From Gnetum montanum (Eukaryota > Plantae > Gnetophyta): a DNA stretch of 64,000 nucleotides. A program made the position numbers and the translations under genes. Positions within the stretch are counted from its first letter, which is position 1, and each line of letters begins with the position of its first letter. Shown here piece by piece: positions 54,548 to 64,000 of the stretch. The DNA is taken from positions 218,327 through 282,326 of the forward strand of contig MNCI01001810.1 of assembly GCA_015680685.1 (NCBI GenBank), given 5' to 3'. The notes under the pieces were generated by a model, which saw only the letters and a list, made by a program, of their open reading frames with translations, had not been told where the DNA came from and did no database searches.

Positions 54548-55104
54548 CGTGGCGTTCACGCTGAACCCTGGCATGCTGCGTTTACACCGAGCCCTGCATG
54601 CTGCATTTACGCCGAACCCTACACGCTAGGGTTTCATCGATGAATGCTGCATTTACGTTGAATCTTACACACTGGGTCTTCGCCTTCATACTAACGTTGC
54701 GAAAATAGGTTCGCACTCAAGCTTTTTGGGGTTCACGCTGGGACGTTCATGCTCGAACTTGGTCACGGCTATCTTGCGGTTCACTCCAACCCCTATTTAT
54801 TCCCTCCATGTTAAACACGCCGATGGTGCCTTGAAATAATTTATTTAATTAATTTGAAAATTAACCAAAATACGAATAATGTGTAAATACATAAGAACAA
54901 TGCAGAAGCAGTGATAAGGAACAGAACAAAAACAGAACAATGATATACGGGGATGAACACTCCTCACATGCAATATTCTCTTGCGAAGCAAATCCTGTTG
55001 CCCACACTAAACATTTTAGCGCAAACTCCTTATCTGGTAGTTTCACACTCGATAACGATTACAAATCGTACAATCAACAAAGCATCATGAACGAACAATC
55101 ACCA

Positions 55105-55240
55105 GCCCGGTAAGGCCTTAAACTGCCACAATCCGCCTGGTAAGGCCTTAAACTACCGCAACTAGCTCAATAAGGCCTTAAACTTCCGCAACCGGCCCAA
55201 TAAGGCCTTAAACTGCCACAATCGGATACGACGATAAATT
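55105..55240 (+). repeat. 30-bp tandem array with palindromic TAAGGCCTTA core (C, before pol)
   Basis: TAAGGCCTTAAACT at exactly 55111, 55141, 55171, 55201. Confidence 0.95.
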
Positions 55241-55354
55241 ATCATCGCATACCTTAGTCTAGCTTAGATGCATAAACGCATAAACTACTTACATTAGAAA
55301 ATAACCAACCACCTGATTGACACTGCCCAATGTTTATTGGTAGGAGCAAACATC

Positions 55355-58300
55355 ATGGACAGCAAGAAATTATTCTTACCATTGTCTATCAATGGACTGC
55401 ACGGAACGATCACATGAGAAATCAACATGGAGTCTATTGATTTAGGCTCAACAACAAATGACACTTTTTTGGCATCAACTCAAAAAATGCTAGATTGTTT
55501 TGAAACGATGACCAAGACTCTGGACCTAGAAAAAGATAGCATCACCGAAGACCGCTTGGCCGAAGTCCCCATTACTGTGCCAAATGGCAAAGTTAAAATC
55601 CTAAAACTAAGTACATTGTTAAGCCCACAAATAGCCAATGACATAGCACAAGTGCTTAAAGACAACATAAAAGCATTTGCTTAGTCTTACACTGACATGC
55701 TTGGGTTAGACCCTCGAATAGTCCAGCACAACATTATACTTGACCCAAATTAAGACTAGTGAAACAAAAAGCATGTAAAGTTAAGCCTGAGGTAGCATTG
55801 GTAGTTTGTAATGAAATCACCAAACTTTATCAGGCTGGTTTCATTCAGGCTGTTGACTATACTGACTGGGTATCCAACATGGCCATTGTCCCAAAGAAGA
55901 ACGGAAGCATTTGCCTATGCATTGAGTTCCGGGACCTCAACGTTGCAACGATAAAAGCTGATTTCCCCCTACCTAGCATTGATCAACTGGTTGACTTGAC
56001 CATTGGGCATGCCTTATTATCTTTTATGGATGGATTTTTGGGATATAACTAGATTCGGATTAACCCTGAGCATCAAATTAGGACGACCTTTATGACACCA
56101 TGGGGTAACTTTTGCTACACGATGATGCCATTTGGTCTCAAGAATGCCGGTGCTACATACCAAAGAGTGATGACATTTATCTTTAGCGATTATATCTTCA
56201 ACTTGCTCAACGATTATGTATATGATATCATGGTTAAATCAAAGACATCAGAACAACATGTACAAGATCTTGACTTGGTACTAAAACGTTGTTTAAAATA
56301 TGAGCTGAGACTTAACCCAAAGAAATGTGTCTTTGGAGTTAAAACAGGAAAAATGCTTGGATTCATAGCCTCAGAAGTAGGGATATAAGTAGACCCCAAT
56401 AAGGTTAAGGCCATAACAAACTTAAAACCACCCAGAAACCTTACCGAACTTCACAGTCTACAAGGCAGACTACAAGTCATTAGACGATTCATAGAGAAAC
56501 TGACGGACAAGTTGAGTCTCATGCAGCATCTGCTACGTAAGGAAGTCCATTTTGAATGGACTTAATAGTGCCAAGAAGCCTTCTACAACATTAAAATAGC
56601 ACTTGTTCAACTACCCATAGTTTATCCACCTCGAAATGATAAATCATTCTACATCTACCTTGCCACTTCGGACTCATCAATCATGTCTATGCTTTGCCAA
56701 AGACAAGATGACGGAACGAAAGTCCCTATTTATTACTTAAGCCATGCATTAGTAGCCCATGAGAAGAGGTACAATGAGGTGGAAAGGTCATGCTTAGCCC
56801 TTGTCTTTTCCTTAAAAAAATGGTGACATTACCTCTTCCGTAACCAAGTCAATATAATTTGCAAGGATAATGTACTCAGAGCCATCACAGGAAACATTTA
56901 TGAGTCAAGTAGAATAGCTCGTTGGAAAGCCATGATAACTGAGTTTGACCTACACTACATAGCGCAATCATTAGTCAATGGTCAAGCCATAGTAAATCAA
57001 ATGACTGCATCACCAACATACGATCAAGCAATGATAGAGCTAGAGTTCCTTGATGAAAATGTGGGTGCAATTGACATAGTACTTGATGAATACAATGCCA
57101 TTTTGAACTTTGATGGAGCATCCACCTCTTGAGGGGGAAGCGCTGCTGTCGTCATCACCTATCCCTCCAAGGAGATCCGACCCTTTGCTTATCGTTTCGA
57201 CTTTCACTGTACCAACAATGTAGCAGAGTACGAAGGTCTCCTTAAAGGTCTCATGGTAGCACTAGCTTCAGACATCACACGAATGGTAGTCAGAGATGAC
57301 TCACAATTAGTTCTAAATCAGATCACAGACGTTTATGTGTGCAAAGCGTAACACTTACAACCATACTATGATTTGACTAAGAACTTACTAAAGCGATTCG
57401 AAAATATAGATATGCAACATGTTTCTAGAAATGATAACACCATTGCAGATGCACTAGCTACGTTAGCCCTAAACTTAGTGCCAAACATATTCCACACGTT
57501 GCCTAGTTCTATAATCAGTTGTACTAAACCCATAACTGATACTCTCGACTAATTACCAATTTCATCCGTTAGTACAATGCAGGCCATAGAATGGTACGAC
57601 GACATAAAGGAGTACCTTTTACATTGTGAACCGCCTCAACATCTGACGAATGCACAAAAGGACATAGTACGAAAATGTTCTCGACAGTATGCATTAGTAG
57701 GTGACACGTTGTGTCGTCGATCCTACGAAGGCATCCTGTTAAGATGCGTTAGTAGCACGGAGGGCCACACCATTGTGGAGCAAGTACACGAAGGACTCTG
57801 CGGAGGGCACATAGCGCCGAAAGAAATGGCAACCAAAATAAGGTGTTTAAGGTACTATTGGCCACACATGGAGTACAACTGTGTCTCCAAGGTCAAAACG
57901 TATGATATGTGTCAAAAGCATGGTAACCTCATACATGTCCCACCCAATGAATTGCATACAGCTCAAATCACATGGCCTTTCCAGAAATGTGGGTTAGACA
58001 TGATTAGACCAATAGCTCCCCCGTCTTATGCAGGGCATAGCTTTATCATAACCGCGACAGAATATTTCACAAAATCGGTAGAAGCTATTCCCCTTAGAAA
58101 GACCACATCCAAGCACATATGCAACTTCATTCTAGAAAACATCGTGACCTGTTTTGGCATCCCAATGACCATCATCACTGCTAACAGACCATAGTTTAGT
58201 AGTGCCGAAACTAGAATTTTCTGTGAAAGCCTAGGGATCAAAAATTCATTTTCATCCCCTTACTACCCTCAGAGCAATGGACAAGTCGAAGCTACAAATA

Positions 58301-58829
58301 AGATCATCATCTCAGTGCTAAAGAAGATGCTTACACAGAGCAAGAGAAAATGGCAAGAATAGTTAGTATACACACTATTGGCTTATCGCACTACGCATCA
58401 GACTTCCATAGGTAAAATGCCATATAGTCTTTTTTATGGTTCAGATGCTGTTTTACCTTTGGAGTTGCAGGTACTGTCCTTAAGAATCATGCTCTTCAAA
58501 CTCCTCGACGAAGATCAAAAAATGACTTGCACATTGTTGACTTGGACTCGGTGGAGGAGGAATGCACACGTTCGCTCGATTAGATCAAATGGTACCAAAA
58601 GCAACAACGACAGCACCATTTACACAATATTCATAAGCGCCCGATCAAGGAAGGTGACCTTGTACTCAAAGCCGTTTGGGAACTCCCAGACAAATTCTTA
58701 GCCAATTGGTAAGGACCCTACTTGGTCATCAAAGCATTCGACAATGGAGCATTTAAACTAGCCGATATGAACGGTAATGAACTTGCACATCCAACGAACC
58801 ACTTGTACTTGAAACCGTTCTACGTTTGA
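55355..58829 (+). pseudogene. pol of C: RT-RH-aRH-INT
   Basis: MPFGLKNAGATYQR, YVYD (decayed YVDD), NFDGAS..TNNVAEYEGL (aRH), VHEGLCGGH, YYPQSNGQVE; several stops. Confidence 0.95.
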
Positions 58830-58859
58830 GCATGAACTTAGGTACGCACACATCCTAGA

Positions 58860-59145
58860 GTCATGACGGTAAACTGATACCACAGCTCATCCTGGCGTTA
58901 CGATGATAAAATGACACCACAGTTTGTCCGTAATGCCAATAAACTAGAACCCATCCAGTATGACTTTAAACTGCCACAGTTTCGTTCGCCAGAGTCCACT
59001 AAGACTATAAACTAGTTTGCCTCTTCACAGTCCGCCAAGACTATAAACTAGCAGTGTACCATCCGCTACGACGATAAACTGGTACCATCCAATAGGTTAT
59101 GACGTAAAACTAACCCACGATAGTCTGCTATGACTATAAATTGAC
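58860..59145 (+). repeat. TAAACT array (C, after integrase)
   Basis: About 9 units with core GAC..TAAACT, irregular spacing. Confidence 0.85.
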
Positions 59146-60237
59146 AGCTTCATCTCTAGTCTCCAGATCTATAGCTGCATTCAAATTTCATCAGAGTCGC
59201 TGCCTCACTCATCACCAGTCGATCTTAACAACATTGCTGCCATTCACATTCAGTGCCTGAAATCTCATCTAGCACCTTTGCTTCATCAGTTGCTGTTCAA
59301 GTCTAATCTTACTCACTCACTCGTGGTTTTCTTATCTTCTTGTAATTGTGTTTGCAGGATGACACTCAGAGGTGTTCGTACGAGAATGCACTTCGTCACA
59401 GCAGCAAGGTATCACATTGTGCCTAACTCACGTAACCAGGTTAATCAAGCCATTCACTAGTACATTTCCTATTACACTTCCTATCTATTCCTCAACATAC
59501 TCTACTCAATCGTACCCCAGACACACCCGATGCATTCCAAAACATTGAGCACACCGTCGCGTACTACACCACTTTTAAGCAGCTACAACACACAACATGG
59601 CACTTGAGCAATGAATACAAGATTAAAACAAAGCTCTTTCAAAAAAAAAAAGGTGCAAAGAGCAAGGAGAAAAAAGCCAAAAAAGAAACACAAGACCCTT
59701 GGCACTTCCCATACAAGCCCTAGGTGTAAAGGAAATTTTCTTGGAAGCAAGTACTTAGGTCTCAAATGCTCAAGTAACATCTCATTGCGTGGCTTTGGCT
59801 CTTCGCCAACAGGTTCCCTTTAACACCAAATAGAGGCCCTATTCCTCCAAAGAATGTAACACATCATCATCGTGGCTTTGGTTATGCCAACAAGTCCTCT
59901 TAAACACTAAACAAGAGTCTTGTTCCACCAAGGGACGTACACCTCATGTCTTGGTCCCAAGTCTGCTAGACAATGGCCATTGACAAGGATCAACATGACC
60001 CGTATACACACCAGAGCATCCCCTTCACCATGCACAATCCCTTGAGTAGTTCCCAATCCTTACAATTTCCATTTCCCCTATCCAGCTATAAACTTCATTT
60101 CCCCAATCCCAAGTACTATTGAACACGGTGCAATGACATCTGGCCACATGTCAAAGGACGATGTTTCTACCAAGTTGCTTGTGGTGTTTTGTACTTCTTT
60201 GTTGATGCTTCTCGGGTTGATTCCTCTAAGCGTCAAC

Positions 60238-60246
60238 AAAGAGGGG
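60238..60246 (+). promoter_or_regulatory. Polypurine tract of C
   Basis: AAAGAGGGG followed by CCAA|TG LTR start. Confidence 0.88.
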
Positions 60247-60250
60247 CCAA

Positions 60251-61698
60251 TGAAACACCACAAAATTCTGAGCTTAGTACTTATTCAACAAGAATCAAGC
60301 TAAGTCATGATGCTCCCTAGCATGACTAAAGCTTGAGGACCTCACAGAAAACTTCAAACGGAGTCGAATTGAGCAAGAAATGGTTCCCCAGGATCCACAG
60401 CAGACTACGACAACATATGGCATCGAACCCTACCAAAATTTTGAGCCCGAAATACTTGGTTTCCGTTAGGCATGCATCCTTCACACCCAGCGTGTACGCT
60501 AAGTGTATATGCCAAGCGTATACATCGAGCATGCACGCCCAGCATGTGACTTCAAAGACTACCCAAAACAAGCGCTCCAGAGCAAGATTTTCATAAGGCA
60601 TCAACTCTCAGAGATCGGGAAATTGTTAGGCATCATCATGGGCTCAAGAAAATTGGTTTTTGACCTCAGAATCATGCACTTTGGGGTTCTAACGCTGAGC
60701 ATGTACATCCTGCACGCCCAGCATGTACGCCCGACGTGCACCATCCAGTGTGCAGCACAGCATATAGCAGTGAAACGTTTCTAGAACCATGTTAGATCAA
60801 GTCCAACTGAGCTGAGCATCCACAGGCAGCATTCTCGTAACATTCGAGTTCAAATTCGAGGGCGGAATTGGATATTTCCTGCTGTAACAGTAGTTTGTAA
60901 AAATGAATTCTTTTGTTTTAATCAAGTCTGTACGCTGAGTTCACACACCTAGCATGTACACACTGGTGTACAGTAGCACACATTGGCATGCAGCACATTG
61001 CATTGTTGTAATGTTATTTACACCTGGACAACATAGCCACCTGTCATCTGACCCAAAATTCTCTCACCCACGGCCACTGATACCCTTCTAGATCTGAATC
61101 CAGTGCTCAAAACCCTCATAAAAACCCCAATTTTTCACTAGATCGGGGGGGACAACCTTGAGACACAGACAAAAAAAACTAGAACCAGGAGAACACTAAG
61201 CAAATTAGAGCAGGAAGCCCCATACGCTGGACCTTGACCCTGCACGCTGAGCATATAGATTTCACGCTATGCTTGCAGTTTAAACCAGCAGACCATCATC
61301 TTCCAGCATCCACCTGGGCCTTTCGTCCACCTCATGTTAAATCTATGATTGCATCTGGACCAGTGCACTATAATTCTCATCTGGCAATAAATTTATTTTG
61401 TTTCTGCTCGAAATTTATCATAGTTTTCGTTTATTCTAGTTCATTTCTTTTGCTTAAGTTAACACAAATTTAGGCTTTGAGTTTATATTAATCACACTAT
61501 TTACATATAACCCAGCGTATTGCATATTGTCATACGTTGGGAAAATCCTTGTCTGATCCACGTGTGGACCACTCAAGGTACTCTACCTTTGTTTGTTCCA
61601 GCTCGCCCTCAAGAGAAGGTAGGGTCTTCTGTGCTCATCTGTAAATCACGCGATGCTCGTCCCATTCCAGCCTTGCACGAACGATTTCAGACAGTACA
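60251..61698 (+). repeat. 3' LTR of C (1448 bp)
   Basis: Direct repeat of 43201-44640. Confidence 0.97.
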
Positions 61699-61864
61699 CA
61701 ATGTACCCCTAATGAGCGTTAAATCCACCAAATAAATATTGTTGTCCTTGTCTCATGGGGTGGGTCTATATGTTAAATATTATTTATGTGTTTAGTTTAT
61801 GTATTTGTGTATTATTTTGAGCACTTGGACTTTTTTACTTACCTAAGGTTTTGGCTATATGTAG

Positions 61865-64000
61865 GGGGATTAAACCTCCCCTTCTTGTGGTCGAGCTTAT
61901 TTATGTACTTGCTTGGTTGGCCCCTTTGGATCGGACGTACCTCCTTATGACATGCATATTGGGCCTCATGTGATATGGTTCCATCCTAATGTTGGTGCAT
62001 TATTGTTATTCATCTTGCAAAGTTTCAACGTAGTTATATGGTCTCATTTAAGCAAGTAGTTGACTCGTGATATTGTTGAAACAATGTTGCCTAGATCTAC
62101 ACAAGACATGCTCACCTTCATTGTTGACATAGATGAGGGACTTTTTATAGTTGAGGGGGGCCCTCTCGAGGGTCCTAGATCTACTCGTGTCTTGACTCGT
62201 GTATGGGAACTACCTACTTGTAGCCATTATAATAGCAGCAACACACTTTTTCTAGCTTTTCACATTCACACGCTGTTCCAAATTCCACCTGGGACAATGT
62301 ATAGAGTGGACAGGTATGCTCTTTTGTGTTTTGCTTTAATTTTTTGATTCTTTTAAAATTATATCATTTTCTATGCATACATCTTGTTCTTCTATGTAGG
62401 CCTCGTTTTGATGAGCATGGGATGCGTGATGATGATGGTGGGCTTTCCTTACCGCACAAAGCATTGGAGACATTCATGGTGGGCCCCACTCTTCGTGCTG
62501 CGGTACTAGACTAGACAAGAGTTGCTATTGTTGACTACCCTAGGCAATTCTCAAGGTTTTTTGAACACTGTCAAGTTCATGGTTGGTTGCATGAGGATTG
62601 GTCCTCCAATGGGCCAATTCTTCCTCAGAGGGTTGATCCGACACCTAATCCACCTACCCATTTACTGATGGTAAATGATCACATTCTAGACTCCATTTTC
62701 TCTTTGTTGCATCATCGTCTACTATGTTTTTAACCTTTCACTCTATGTTTCTTTCTACAATGGCCATCTCTTCTGACGAAGTTACTATCATATCAGGACG
62801 TACTGAGGCCACTCTTCTCATGAAGTATGGAGAGATAGAATAGCACAACAATGGTTGCAGAAGAAGGCTTCTGAGTTAATCATAAGTTGTCTTGTTCATG
62901 CGGACTTGATGGACTTGTTCATTGCTCTAACTGCTAATGTTCTGGTGACTGAGATGGTTACCATTGTTGATTCTTTTAGTGATGTTGCTTCTCACTTTAC
63001 TACGTGGGTTTGAGGAGTCAAGGTGTCTTTCCACTTGACTGTTGAGTTCCTTTTTGATCTCTTTAGCGTGCCTATGGATGGTGCCAAGGTGGCAATAGAG
63101 AAAGCAACTAAAGAAAGCCAAGTCATAAAGGAGCTTGAAGAGTGGTTAGGCATGTCTCGAGGTCCCAAAGGTTTTTCCATGCAAAATGATACTAAAGAAA
63201 TGGAGGTGAACTTCTTGTACCCCCTCTTTCGGGCACAAGCATTCCCTAAATCTCTTTCTCAAGGGAGAAACCTTGGGATCAAGTCTGCACGTATCATACA
63301 TGCAATCCTAGAGACAGGCATGTGTTATAATTGGGCATAATTTCTTAGGTCTGGCCTTCATGGAGAGATTGTTAGATTATGCTCAAACATTAATGCCAAG
63401 TCCCATTTCACATTTGCCTTGTTTTCTGGTTATCTACATAGGTTTGCCAAGTTTTTAGTAGTTTATGGGGATAACCGTTATGTATTGAGGGATCATTCAC
63501 AACTATCTTGCCCCTGGGTTCATCACTTGTTTAACACTACTAGATCTCAGGACCCACCCAAAGGCATTGAAGAGTTAGTGTCCATTACCACTGGGGGTGC
63601 AGCTAGTCGTTCTCATCATTCCTATGATAGCTTGGGATTGGAACCACCTAGACTGCACATATCTCTTAGAGGAGCTGAACGTCTAATTCATGAGACTGTC
63701 GGGAGATCCAAGGTGAAGGTGAATAGAGTTGAACACCTAAGGGAGCTTGCTCTAGAGGTGAGGCCATCAAGAGCAAAGAGGATCTACTTTATATTACCAT
63801 AGGAGGGTATGTATTTTACTTTATTATATATATATATATATATATTTGGTATTTTAATATATATGTTTTTTGAATGTATGTATACACTATGTCTTACTAA
63901 TGCTAGAATATTGGTGTTATTAGAGGAAAGCCTCGAGAGGAAAAGAGAATTCTTAGCCCCGATGGTTGAACTTGAAGTGGCCGTCGCAGGGCCAGGGGAG
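61865..64000 (+). pseudogene. Exons 2-5 of the antisense accessory gene of D (61865-62313, 62400-62670, ~62761-63806, ~63907-end)
   Basis: Colinear protein homology with C (LLVVELI, VDIDEG, ALETFMVGPTLR, ELEEWLG, FPKSLSQ, ILETG) and matching splice positions. Confidence 0.85.
63826..63845. repeat. (TA)n microsatellite in an intron of the D accessory gene
   Basis: TATATATA run. Confidence 0.85.

Larger units (their letters stand above)
43201..61698 (+). mobile_element. Element C: structurally complete 18.5-kb Tat-clade LTR retrotransposon
   Basis: TG...CA LTR pair, TSD CAATT (43196-43200) / CAATG (61699-61703), PBS, PPT and all domains present. Confidence 0.97.
35051..64000 (-). mobile_element. 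Element D: Tat-clade element inserted in gag of B, itself interrupted by C; gag-PR and 5' LTR lie beyond the window end
   Basis: LTR 35051-36815, PPT 36828-36821, pol 41407-38352; accessory gene continues across C from 42139 to the window end. Confidence 0.9.

Noticed and set aside
55111-55225. CRISPR-like look of TAAGGCCTTAAACT repeats with variable 16-bp spacers
   Set aside because: Spacers resemble each other and are too short, there are no cas genes, and the context is a eukaryotic retrotransposon. It is a 30-bp tandem repeat.
59583-59823. Lysine-rich ORF 59611-59823 and its antisense partner in the C 3' UTR
   Set aside because: Produced by a poly-A tract; no conserved frame noticed in the equivalent D region.

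Overview
Eukaryotic, plant-type repeat DNA with no host gene or RNA gene recognised. The large, slowly decaying elements suggest a gymnosperm-like genome (inference). Almost the whole window is four degenerate Ty3/gypsy LTR retrotransposons of the Tat superclade (RT-RH-aRH-INT order, Ogre-like Gag/protease, tRNA-Asn PBS). A: + strand, <1-18302. B: - strand, ~19029-35050, interrupted in gag by D. D: - strand, 35051->64000, interrupted by C. C: + strand, 43201-61698, complete, TG..CA LTRs, TSD CAATT/CAATG. A and B form one subfamily, C and D another. All four share an unusual layout: gag-protease stops, and RT-RH-aRH-INT restarts 6-10 kb later, at its own ATG behind a conserved TAG|GA acceptor in A, C and D (deleted in B). 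The interval holds an antisense gene of about 8 exons (roughly 1,100 codons in C) with splice sites and phases conserved between subfamilies. Its N-terminal part reads as an FCP1/NIF-type HAD phosphatase fold lacking the catalytic aspartates. This is followed by a plant-transposon (Transposase_32/PMD-like) domain and a coiled-coil region. The cassette is accompanied by cis arrays: a 33-bp palindrome every ~185 bp (A/B), CACGCT-core motifs in LTRs and the internal intergenic region, three TAAACT arrays, and a covarying hairpin over the PPT. All copies are pseudogenised. Domain calls are by eye and need profile searches.
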